A stretch of DNA of 62,957 nt from Bacteroidales bacterium (lineage in GTDB: Bacteria > Bacteroidota > Bacteroidia > Bacteroidales > UBA4417): the NCBI GenBank assembly GCA_038212135.1, contig JBBQUX010000004.1:1-62957 (forward strand), given 5' to 3'. Numbering within the stretch: the stretch's first letter is position 1; every line of letters begins with the position of its first letter. The notes under the pieces were generated by a model. The model had not been told where the DNA came from and did no database searches. It worked only from the letters and a program-made list of their open reading frames with translations. Position numbers and translations under genes: made by a program. Shown piece by piece: positions 49,937 to 58,681 of the stretch.

Positions 49937-51607
49937 ATGGTTTTCATTAAGAAACAGAAAGAGCAAAAGAGTTTTGTACGTACTTTCTTAGGAAAATACC
50001 TCAAATTCGGACGATCCATCTATGGGCGGGTTGTGCTCATTATCACCATATTGTCTGTATTCCTGTTTGTATCGTTTGGTATTATTTTCCGTTCAGTTTA
50101 TGAGCAATACCTCAATACAGTTATTCTGCAAAGCGGAAACAATGTTGGTTCGCTGGTTGAAGGTGCTCTATCTCATTCAATGCTCGAAAATGACAAAGGC
50201 GCACTTCAGTATACACTTGATGTCATCCATACCATGCCTGGTATTGAGGATGTGAATATGTACGACAGCGATGACAGCCTGGTATATTCCTCTTTCCCTG
50301 CTGATACTTCCGGCCATTTCAATGCCAATTGTAAGGGATGCCACGCTGATATCGGCACGATGTTCCCAAAGCATGAAAAGTCGTATAAAATCATTACGGC
50401 CGAAAGTGAGTGTAAAATGAGCAAGAATACTAAAGGCCAAAGGCACCTTTTGATACGATCGCCGATTCTGAATTCGAAATCATGCTACGAAAGCAATTGT
50501 CATGCTCACGGTCCCAAAGAAAAAGTGTTAGGTTCACTCGTTATAAAAGTACCGTTGAAAGATTTTGATGCAGCGGTACAAAAGTCGTCGGTCGAATTTT
50601 ACCTGCTGGCTATTTTTACTACTATACTTCTGGCTTCCTTTCTGATTTTATTTACGCGGCGTGAGATTAAAAAACCATTAAATAAACTTATTGAAGCAAG
50701 CATTGCTGTAGCGGACGGAGATAAAAGCACTCGTGTAGAAATACGCCCCAACCAACTCGACGATATGCGTATGGTTTCGGTTGCATTTAACGATATGCTC
50801 GATAACCTACAGACAGCAACCACTGAACTCGAAAACTGGTCGCAACAGCTTGAATACAAGGTACAGAAAAAATCGGAAGAATTGGGTGCAGCCCAGAATG
50901 AACTGATGCATATTGAGAGGCTGGCTTCGCTCGGGAAATTATCGTCATCGGTTGCGCACGAAATCAATAATCCTTTATCAGGGATATTGGTTTATACCAA
51001 GCTTGTTCACAAGCAATTAAGCAATCCTGATCTTACTCCCGAAAAAAAAGAACTTATGCTTAAGCACCTGAAACTCATTGAAAACGAAACCAAACGCTGC
51101 GGCGATATTGTAAAAGGTCTTCTCGATTTCTCCAAAAAGGATCAGGAAGATTTTGAACCATTACATTTGCATACTATTTTGCAGGATACAGCCGATTTAA
51201 TGTCACATTCCATCAAAATCGCCGATGTAAAGTTTACTAAGGAATTCTCAGCCAAATCCGACCTCGTATATTGCAGCCCGAACCAGGTGAAGCAGGCGTG
51301 CATGGCCATTCTTGTAAATGCAACCGAGGCCATTACTGAAAATGGAGAAATTGTTGTGCGTACTTCGAATCCCGATCCCGATACTATCAACCTCGAAATC
51401 ATTGATAACGGCATAGGAATTGCCCCGGAAGATATCCCGCATATTTTCGAGCCCTTCTTTTCGACCAAGCAGGAAGTGCGTGGTATAGGGCTGGGACTAT
51501 CCATCGCCCATGGAATTATTCAAAGCCACAAAGGGAAAATCCAGGTGAGATCCGAACCCGGTCTTGGTACCACGATTTCGATAACATTACCTTTAATCAG
51601 AAGTTAA
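49937..51607 (+). CDS. Sensor histidine kinase (2 TM, HAMP, HisKA, HATPase) with periplasmic CxxCH and CxxxxCH motifs
   Basis: CKGCH and CYESNCH between the TMs; AHEINNPL, NATEA, DNGIG, FEPFFSTK, GIGLGLSI. Confidence 0.93.
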   Translation: MVFIKKQKEQKSFVRTFLGKYLKFGRSIYGRVVLIITILSVFLFVSFGIIFRSVYEQYLNTVILQSGNNVGSLVEGALSHSMLENDKGALQYTLDVIHTMPGIEDVNMYDSDDSLVYSSFPADTSGHFNANCKGCHADIGTMFPKHEKSYKIITAESECKMSKNTKGQRHLLIRSPILNSKSCYESNCHAHGPKEKVLGSLVIKVPLKDFDAAVQKSSVEFYLLAIFTTILLASFLILFTRREIKKPLNKLIEASIAVADGDKSTRVEIRPNQLDDMRMVSVAFNDMLDNLQTATTELENWSQQLEYKVQKKSEELGAAQNELMHIERLASLGKLSSSVAHEINNPLSGILVYTKLVHKQLSNPDLTPEKKELMLKHLKLIENETKRCGDIVKGLLDFSKKDQEDFEPLHLHTILQDTADLMSHSIKIADVKFTKEFSAKSDLVYCSPNQVKQACMAILVNATEAITENGEIVVRTSNPDPDTINLEIIDNGIGIAPEDIPHIFEPFFSTKQEVRGIGLGLSIAHGIIQSHKGKIQVRSEPGLGTTISITLPLIRS

Positions 51608-51618
51608 AGTGCCTAATC

Positions 51619-52956
51619 ATGGAGAAAAAAATATCAATACTTATTGTTGATGATGAAGAATCAGTCAGGGATTCGCTGAACAGCTGGTTTGTCGAAGACG
51701 GGTACCGTGTGGAATGTGCCGAAGATGCGAAGAAAGCGTTATCGATTCTCGAAGCCGGTAATTTCGACATTATCCTGGCCGATATTAAAATGCCTGGCAT
51801 GGACGGACTGGAAATGCTGCGCCGGATCAAAGCACTGAATAAGGAATCGATAGTAATTATCATGACGGCATTTGCCACAGTTGATACAGCCGTGAAGGCA
51901 TTGAAGGATGGAGCCTTTGATTATGTTACAAAACCTTTCGATCCTGACGACCTTTCGCACCTGATCCGCAATGCATCCAAGCAGATTTCGCTGTACCACG
52001 AAAATGAAACCTTAAAGAAAAGGGTAGATTCACTCGAAAGTGTCGAAGATTTGATTGGCAAAAGCGAAGCCATCAAAAAAGTATTACGTGAAGTTGAAAG
52101 TGTTGCCCCTACGAATTCATCTGTTATAATAACCGGCGAAAGCGGCACAGGTAAAGAACTTGTTGCCAGGGCTATACATGCTAATTCGCTGCGAAAATTT
52201 TATCCTTTGGTGAGTGTTCATTGCGGTGCCCTCACTGAAAGTTTGCTCGAAAGTGAGCTGTTCGGACACGAAAAGGGTGCTTTTACAGGAGCAATGTACA
52301 ACCGTAAGGGCCGTTTCGAAATGGCTGACTGCGGTTCTATTTTCCTGGATGAAATTGCTACTATTTCCACTAAAATGCAGATTGAACTCTTACGCGTTCT
52401 GGAGACCAAAAGTTTTATGAGGGTTGGCGGGAATAAGGAAATTACTTCTGATTTCAGGGTGATTTGTGCCACAAACCGCGATCTGAAAAGCATGGTCGAA
52501 AAAGGAACTTTCCGCGAGGACCTGTATTACCGGTTAAATGTGATGAATATTCATGTACCTCCATTGCGCGAACGTGTGGAGGATATTCCATTACTGGTTG
52601 AGTATTTCATCAGGAAGTATTGTACCTCTATGAACCGGCCGCTTATCACTGTCGATGCACCGGCTCTGAAACGGATGCTCGACTACGCGTTTCCGGGCAA
52701 CATCCGCGAATTGGAGAATATGGTGGAACGTGCTATTGTTGTTGGCAATGGTAAAAAAATAATGCTGAAAGATCTGCCTCTGGCTAAAGATGTTGTTGAT
52801 AGTTCCATTGAGAGTCTGGATGATTTTGAAAAAGCATTTATCCTTCAGATCCTGAACAAATACAGCTGGAATATCTCCCGCACCGCTACAGCACTGAAGG
52901 TTGACAGGGTGACACTGTACAACAAGATTAAGAAGTATGGGTTGAAACCGAAATGA
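51619..52956 (+). CDS. NtrC-family sigma54-dependent response regulator
   Basis: REC (VDDE, DIKMPGMDG, KPF), GESGTGKE, GAFTGA, FLDEI, FREDLYYRL, PGNIRELEN, Fis-type HTH. Confidence 0.96.
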   Translation: MEKKISILIVDDEESVRDSLNSWFVEDGYRVECAEDAKKALSILEAGNFDIILADIKMPGMDGLEMLRRIKALNKESIVIIMTAFATVDTAVKALKDGAFDYVTKPFDPDDLSHLIRNASKQISLYHENETLKKRVDSLESVEDLIGKSEAIKKVLREVESVAPTNSSVIITGESGTGKELVARAIHANSLRKFYPLVSVHCGALTESLLESELFGHEKGAFTGAMYNRKGRFEMADCGSIFLDEIATISTKMQIELLRVLETKSFMRVGGNKEITSDFRVICATNRDLKSMVEKGTFREDLYYRLNVMNIHVPPLRERVEDIPLLVEYFIRKYCTSMNRPLITVDAPALKRMLDYAFPGNIRELENMVERAIVVGNGKKIMLKDLPLAKDVVDSSIESLDDFEKAFILQILNKYSWNISRTATALKVDRVTLYNKIKKYGLKPK

Positions 52957-53031
52957 TGTCGGATATCGGATGTCAGATCTGCAATATTCACTCTTCACGA
53001 ATCACCAACCACAAATCGTTTCAACAACTGA

Positions 53032-53565
53032 ATGGATCATCCAACTATAACTATAGTATCATTTGCACATCTCAGGAGGGGATTTCTTGAGAAGCTCAGT
53101 GCGGATGTTCAGCATCAACTGCAAAGCCAGGTGTTGATAAAAGAGATGCACCTCGATTTAAGTGAATATTTTGACGCCGGACGCAGGCAATACAATGGTG
53201 ATAAATTGCTGAAAGCGGTTGATCAGTTTGATTTTCCTAATTCTGATAAGACTATTGCCTTAGTTAATGTTGACCTTTTTATTCCTATACTAACCTATAT
53301 TTTCGGGCAGGCACAATTAGGAGGCCGTACAGGTATTGCTTCCATATACCGCCTTAGCAACGAGCGCTACGGGATTTCGGATGGCGATAATTTCCTGCTG
53401 CAACGGTTCACTAAAGAAGTGATTCATGAACTGGGTCATTTATTCGGGTTAATTCACTGCCACACACCCACCTGTGTAATGCGCTCAAGCACCTACGTGG
53501 AGGATATCGATCAGAAGGGAATGGGGCTTTGTTCCAAATGCAGGTACGAATTGAAGCTGGATTAA
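53032..53565 (+). CDS. Archaemetzincin (M54) zinc metalloprotease
   Basis: RRQY, DLFIPILTYIFG, HELGHLFGLIHC...CVM...C..C. Confidence 0.92.
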   Translation: MDHPTITIVSFAHLRRGFLEKLSADVQHQLQSQVLIKEMHLDLSEYFDAGRRQYNGDKLLKAVDQFDFPNSDKTIALVNVDLFIPILTYIFGQAQLGGRTGIASIYRLSNERYGISDGDNFLLQRFTKEVIHELGHLFGLIHCHTPTCVMRSSTYVEDIDQKGMGLCSKCRYELKLD

Positions 53566-53582
53566 AATCCGGTCAACGAATC

Positions 53583-54185
53583 TCACATATGAAATTTTAC
53601 TCCTTTACTTAACATCTCTATTATTTCTTTCATTCGCTTTTCTCTTGTTTCGGGTCTTTTGGCAGTTTGTATCCTCCAGCATATAGCATATTTATTTACT
53701 TTGCCGAGCGATTCGTAAAACGTAAAAGCTTTTTTATCCTTTGTAAGTTCAGCGAGGAAATCCTCCGGCATAACCATATTTCCCGGCGAGTCGTAGGCCT
53801 GCTCCCAGCGACCATCAGATTTGGCAGCTTCAACCTGTTTTATTCCCGTGGGTTTCATCCGGCCTTCTGTTGTGAGCCTGGCAATATGTTCAATATTCCG
53901 TTTCGACCAAATGCTTTTGGGGCGGCGGGGTGTAAAATGCTGTTTGTAAGAAAGTTCATCAATTGATTTCAACTGCGCATCGATCCAGCCATAGCAAAGG
54001 GCAACATCCAATGCCTCAGGATATGTAACAGATGCAATACCAGAACCTTTTTTGTAAAACTGGAGCCAGATGCCATTCGCCTCAAGGTGGTTTTGCTCAA
54101 GCCATTGTTCCCATATTTGCGCATTTGCAAACGGAATAATTTGCTGATCTTCTTTACCAGGTTTGTTCTTATCCTTAGCAGTCAT
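53583..54185 (-). CDS. YdeI/OmpD-associated family protein
   Basis: ALCYGWID, FTPRRPKSIWS, AKRPETREKR. Confidence 0.9.
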   Translation of the reverse strand: MTAKDKNKPGKEDQQIIPFANAQIWEQWLEQNHLEANGIWLQFYKKGSGIASVTYPEALDVALCYGWIDAQLKSIDELSYKQHFTPRRPKSIWSKRNIEHIARLTTEGRMKPTGIKQVEAAKSDGRWEQAYDSPGNMVMPEDFLAELTKDKKAFTFYESLGKVNKYAICWRIQTAKRPETREKRMKEIIEMLSKGVKFHM

Positions 54186-54191
54186 TTCTAT

Positions 54192-54497
54192 TTATTTTGT
54201 TTCAGTTGGTTGTTGCTGTGTTCGGGTTGTGGAATCGTTAACATCTTGAGCTACATTTTTCTTTTTAAACCAATTCCATGGGTTGAAATACGATTTGTAT
54301 TTAGTGAAAAGTTCTTTGCCCAGTAATATCCCGCCGGACCAGAAAGTGATTTCGCCAAGTACAACTAAAGCTGTTGTGACTGTTATTTTAGTCTTTACTG
54401 AAAAATCAATAAAAGGAATACCCAGCAATGATGTGAATAGTAAAGTCGATAAAATGATTAAAAATATTCCTGTCTTGAATTTCCAGTTTTTGTTCAT
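54192..54497 (-). CDS. Small two-TM membrane protein ('transporter suffix domain'-like)
   Basis: Two TM helices, GEITFW.G..LLGKE motif. Confidence 0.75.
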   Translation of the reverse strand: MNKNWKFKTGIFLIILSTLLFTSLLGIPFIDFSVKTKITVTTALVVLGEITFWSGGILLGKELFTKYKSYFNPWNWFKKKNVAQDVNDSTTRTQQQPTETK

Positions 54498-54554
54498 TTC
54501 AGCTCTTTTTGCAGATAAACCAACTCATTCAATTAATGTTTGCATCCACAAAGG

Positions 54555-54642
54555 CCCAAATACCAATACCCAAAATTTGAGAACCAAGACCTGCTCAACA
54601 AACCGATTGGAATTTGGAGCTTAGGATTTGAATTTTGAGACT
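54555..54642. repeat. Heptamer-periodic inverted repeat downstream of guaC
   Basis: CCCAAATACCAATACCCAAAATTTG versus TTGGAATTTGGAGCTTAGGATTTGAATTTTGAG. Confidence 0.5.
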
Positions 54643-54689
54643 TGATCAATGTGGAAATTTATTCCGTTTTCAGTACAATTGTTCTGTTT

Positions 54690-55739
54690 TTATTGATTGT
54701 CATCCGTATAAACCCTGTTCTCCTGTTCAGCTACACGAATAAAAGTTGTCCGCTTGGTAAGTTCTTTCAGTTGCGATGCTCCCACATAGGTACAGGTACT
54801 GCGAATGCCGCCCAAAATATCGAGCAAGGTATTTTCAACCTGTCCACGGTAAGGAACTTCAACAGTTTTACCTTCGCTGGCGCGGTAATCGGCAACTCCG
54901 CCTGCATGCTTGTCCATGGCAGTGGTAGAACTCATTCCGTAAAACTGTTTCAGTTTTTTACCGTTTTTTTCAATAATGTCACCACTACTTTCGTCGTGCC
55001 CCGCCAGCATACCTCCCAGCATTACAAAGTCAGCACCTGCTCCGAAAGCTTTTGCTACATCGCCTGGTGTAGTGCACCCGCCGTCGCTGATGATCTGGCC
55101 ACCCAGTCCGTGAGCTGCATCGGCACACTCAATAATGGCTGAAAGCTGAGGGTAGCCGACGCCCGTTTTCACGCGCGTGGTGCAAACCGAACCCGGTCCG
55201 ATACCTACTTTAATAATGTCGGCACCAGCCAGTAAAAGCTCTTCAACCATTTCGCCTGTAACAACATTGCCGGCAATGATCACTTTATCGTGAAATTTTT
55301 TCCTGGTTTGTTTCACAAAAGCTACAAAATGTTCGGAATACCCATTGGCCACATCTATACATAAAAACCGCAACTGTGGGTTAGCAAGGATAACTTTACT
55401 GATTTTATCTAAGTCGTGCGATCCTGTGCCAGTACTCAATGCAATGTGGTTTTCGATTCCTTTAGGTGCTTTGCTTAAAAAATCAGTCCACTCTTCAACT
55501 GTATAATGTTTATGAACTGCAGTGAATAATTTCTTTTCATACAAGGCCAATGCCATTTCGAAAGTGCCTACCGTATCCATATTGGCTGCCATTACCGGAA
55601 TTCCGGTCCATTCGGAATTGCTGTGTTTAAGGCGGAACGTACGTTCGAGTTTTACCAGCGAACGGCTGCTCAGCGTCGAGCGTTTCGGCCTGAACATCAC
55701 ATCTTTAAATCCTAATTTTATTTCATATTCTATTCGCAT
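54690..55739 (-). CDS. guaC: GMP reductase (type 1)
   Basis: [46 protein letters not shown]. Confidence 0.97.
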   Translation of the reverse strand: MRIEYEIKLGFKDVMFRPKRSTLSSRSLVKLERTFRLKHSNSEWTGIPVMAANMDTVGTFEMALALYEKKLFTAVHKHYTVEEWTDFLSKAPKGIENHIALSTGTGSHDLDKISKVILANPQLRFLCIDVANGYSEHFVAFVKQTRKKFHDKVIIAGNVVTGEMVEELLLAGADIIKVGIGPGSVCTTRVKTGVGYPQLSAIIECADAAHGLGGQIISDGGCTTPGDVAKAFGAGADFVMLGGMLAGHDESSGDIIEKNGKKLKQFYGMSSTTAMDKHAGGVADYRASEGKTVEVPYRGQVENTLLDILGGIRSTCTYVGASQLKELTKRTTFIRVAEQENRVYTDDNQ

Positions 55740-55833
55740 CTGATTTTTTGTTTCTGTGGGTAAAGTTACGTGTTTTCGGTTTTATGGGAGAGCTCAATTC
55801 AGTGTGATTAAAAATTGTGAATCAAGGCAAATG

Positions 55834-56050
55834 CTCGTCCCCAATATACCCCCAAGGGATTTTGGGTTCCTTGTAAACCTCAAAATTCAAAATGTAAGAT
55901 TTTCTCGTCCACAATAAGCCCCAACGGGGTTTGGGGCTCCTTGTAAACTCAAAATGTAAAACTCAAAATGTAAAATTCAAAATTCAAATGTAAGCTACAC
56001 TCGTCTACAATAAGCCCCAACGTGGTTTGGGGTCACTGGTATACTCAAAA
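55834..56050. repeat. Three tandem ~50-bp hairpin units with low-complexity linkers
   Basis: Consensus CTCGTCCACAATAAGCCCCAACGGGGTTTGGGGCTCCTTGTAAACTCAAAA at 55834, 55904 and 56000; linkers built of TCAAAAT/GTAAAAT. Confidence 0.8.
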
Positions 56051-56065
56051 CACATAACATTAAAT

Positions 56066-56246
56066 AGTGTCAATAAGAAAACGAGTTAAAAATAATTTCT
56101 GCCCACGCGTACCCCTTTGCTTCGACTTCGCTCAGCAACCATAGGGGAAAGTCCTCGCGCACAGAAGATTGAGTTTTGTATACCAAACCTAAAATTTAAG
56201 AAAATGAGCATGTTTACGCAAAAAGAGGAGTTTCCTTGCTGACATT
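56066..56246 (-). mobile_element. MITE-like element, copy 3 (inverted, more diverged, 181 bp)
   Basis: Reverse complement aligns with copies 1 and 2 (CAAAACTCAATCTTCTGTGCGCGAGGACTTTCCCCTA); AAAT direct repeat on both flanks; extra internal segment. Confidence 0.75.
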
Positions 56247-56342
56247 AAATTAATGATTATTCAAGTTACTATTCTTACAACCTTCTTCAGCGATTATTCC
56301 ATTTCAACTTTTTCTCCTACTTTTACTACAAAAAATATACAT

Positions 56343-58082
56343 ATGGTAACCCGTGTTTTCCTGATTTCAATTCTCATTCAAGTCCTTGTAAGCGTTACAG
56401 GAGTTGAAGCTTGCACTAATTTTTTAGTAACCAAAGGTGCTAGCAGCGATCGTTCTGTGATGATCACCTATAACGCTGATTCGCACACACGCTATGGTGC
56501 CATGGCTTTTTACCCGGCGGCTGATCACCAGGCCGGTGATATGTGTGAAGTGTATCATTATGAAAACGGTAAACTGCTGGGTAAAATTCCTGAGGTGGCG
56601 CATACATATTCGGTGATACAGTTTATGAACGAATACCAGTTAGCCATTGGAGAAACAACTTTTGGTGGACTTGATTCACTTGGCTCACAACCAGGTGCCA
56701 TCCTCGACTATGGCTCGCTGATGAAAATAGGGCTGCAGCGTTCGAAAACCGCCCGCGAATTGATACGTGTAATGACAGAACTCATTGAGCAATACGGATA
56801 TGCATCAGTAGGCGAATCCTTCTCAATCTCTGATGCCAACGAGGCCTGGATCCTTGAAATGATTGGCAAAGGCAAGTACGAAAAAGGTGCTGTTTGGGTA
56901 GCGCGTTTAATTCCGGATGGATATGTAAGCGGGCATGCCAACCAGGCACGCATTACAACTTTTCCATTTCAGAAATCAAACAACTGGAGCGATCCGAAGC
57001 AGACTGTTTTTCACTCGCCTGATGTCATCAGTTTTGCAAAAAAATATGAATTTTATAAAGGTACGTATGAAGCTTTCAGCTTTTCGGATGTTTACAATCC
57101 TTTAAATTTCGGAGGAGCCCGTTTCTGCGATGCCAGGGTTTGGTCCTTTTTTAGAAAAATAAATAGCGAAATCCGCGAAAATAATGATTTTACAAGGTAT
57201 GCAATGGGACAGTTTTCTCATAATTCTACATTCATGGATGGTGGTAAAAACCCGAATGGTTTTGTTTCGAACAGGTTACCGTTGTGGGTTAAACCAGATT
57301 CGCCTGTTACACTTCAGCAGGTAAAGGCCGCTATGCGCGATCATTATGAAGATACTCCTCTCGATATGCGCAACGATCCGGGAGCCGGACCATTCAAACT
57401 CCCTTACCGCTGGCGTCCGATGGAATTTGTAGTGGACAGTGTGATGTATCTCAACGAAAGAGCTGTGGCTACTCAACAAACCGGTTACAGTTTCGTAGCA
57501 CAGTCGCGCAGCTGGCTTCCCGACCCGATAGGCGGCATTTTCTGGTTTGGTGCCGACGATGCCGATGGCTGCGTATACGCTCCGATGTATTGTGGCATAA
57601 CTGAAATTCCGAAGAGTCACGCTATCGGCAATGGTTCCATGATTACCTGGTCCGAAACTTCGGCTTATTGGGCCTTCAGCCAGGTAAATAACTGGGCGTA
57701 CAGCCGTTATAACGTTATTCATCCGGAAATTGAAAAATATCAGCAGCAGATTGAAAATCAGTATTTAGCTGAAGTTTCAGTCGTCGATGTTCAGGCTTCG
57801 GAACGATATAAGCAAAATCCAGCTTCCGGTCGCGAATACATAACAGCTTATTCGGGTTATACCGGGAATAAACTTGTAAGTGATTGGAAATCATTTTACC
57901 ACTACCTTTTTATGAAGTACCACGATGGTAATATTAAGAATACTGAAGGACAAAAATTACTTGATAACGGAAATGGTAAAAATGTTCCTAAAATGCCATC
58001 ACAGCCCGGTTATGGAAAAGATTGGGAGCGGATTATGATACAGGGAACTGGCGATAGATTGAAAGTGCCAATGCACGAATAA
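56343..58082 (+). CDS. C69-family dipeptidase (Ntn hydrolase)
   Basis: Signal peptide ending EA-CT (N-terminal nucleophile Cys), YNADSH, MNEYQLAIGETT, HANQARI, MRDHYE; start moved to ATG 56343. Confidence 0.9.
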   Translation: MVTRVFLISILIQVLVSVTGVEACTNFLVTKGASSDRSVMITYNADSHTRYGAMAFYPAADHQAGDMCEVYHYENGKLLGKIPEVAHTYSVIQFMNEYQLAIGETTFGGLDSLGSQPGAILDYGSLMKIGLQRSKTARELIRVMTELIEQYGYASVGESFSISDANEAWILEMIGKGKYEKGAVWVARLIPDGYVSGHANQARITTFPFQKSNNWSDPKQTVFHSPDVISFAKKYEFYKGTYEAFSFSDVYNPLNFGGARFCDARVWSFFRKINSEIRENNDFTRYAMGQFSHNSTFMDGGKNPNGFVSNRLPLWVKPDSPVTLQQVKAAMRDHYEDTPLDMRNDPGAGPFKLPYRWRPMEFVVDSVMYLNERAVATQQTGYSFVAQSRSWLPDPIGGIFWFGADDADGCVYAPMYCGITEIPKSHAIGNGSMITWSETSAYWAFSQVNNWAYSRYNVIHPEIEKYQQQIENQYLAEVSVVDVQASERYKQNPASGREYITAYSGYTGNKLVSDWKSFYHYLFMKYHDGNIKNTEGQKLLDNGNGKNVPKMPSQPGYGKDWERIMIQGTGDRLKVPMHE

Positions 58083-58118
58083 GATTATTGTAAATTCAAA
58101 AAAAATATTTCAGTAAAA

Positions 58119-58565
58119 AAGGAGAGGAAAACAGCAGTTTTACTCATCCTGGTTCTGGTATGCAGTTTTATCAATGCCAGGGCACAACAAAAACATAGTT
58201 TTACAATCAGCGACGGTGAATTTGTGTATGATGGAAAACCAATAAAAATACATAGCGGTGAGATGCATTATTCCCGTATTCCACACGAATACTGGAAGCA
58301 CCGCCTGCAAATGGTTAAAGCCATGGGATTGAATACGGTGGCAACCTATATTTTCTGGAATCATCATGAAGTTGCTCCAGAAGTATGGGATTTTACAAGC
58401 GGCAACCGCAATCTGAGAGAATTTATAAAAATGACTGCCGACGAAGGACTGATGGTAATTCTGCGCCACAATGAAATTATAATCTTCGAGCAACAAAACG
58501 ATGTGATTCAGACTTCAATCAGCAGTTTGGCCTTATGGATCCTGGATGAATTAAAGAACAAGTAG
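58119..58565 (+). pseudogene. GH35 beta-galactosidase remnant with a large internal deletion
   Basis: Signal-like leader with no ATG; SGEMHYSRIP.EYW.HRL...KAMGLNTVATYIFWN.HE; GLMVILR joined directly to a C-terminus-like NEIIIFEQ. Confidence 0.8.
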
Positions 58566-58603
58566 AATCCTTTTATGACATCAGGTATCTCATATAGAAA
58601 TAT

Positions 58604-58638
58604 AAAGAGAGATTTGCCTTTACGGAAAGTCTCTCTTT
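58604..58638. terminator. Bidirectional terminator
   Basis: AAAGAGAGA/TCTCTCTTT between convergent genes. Confidence 0.7.
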
Positions 58639-58681
58639 AAATCAGATTGTTTGAAAGATAGTTTTTACAATCCCTTAATTT

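Noticed and set aside
49763-49966. 67-aa minus-strand ORF before the kinase
   Set aside because: No recognisable motif, overlaps the kinase start and spans a terminator-like hairpin.
55834-56050. CRISPR array
   Set aside because: Only three divergent units, linkers are low-complexity and of unequal length, and no cas genes are present.
55740-56050. Purine riboswitch upstream of guaC
   Set aside because: No purine-aptamer consensus recognised; the hairpins lie upstream of a likely guaC promoter (TAACTTTA at about 55761-55768).
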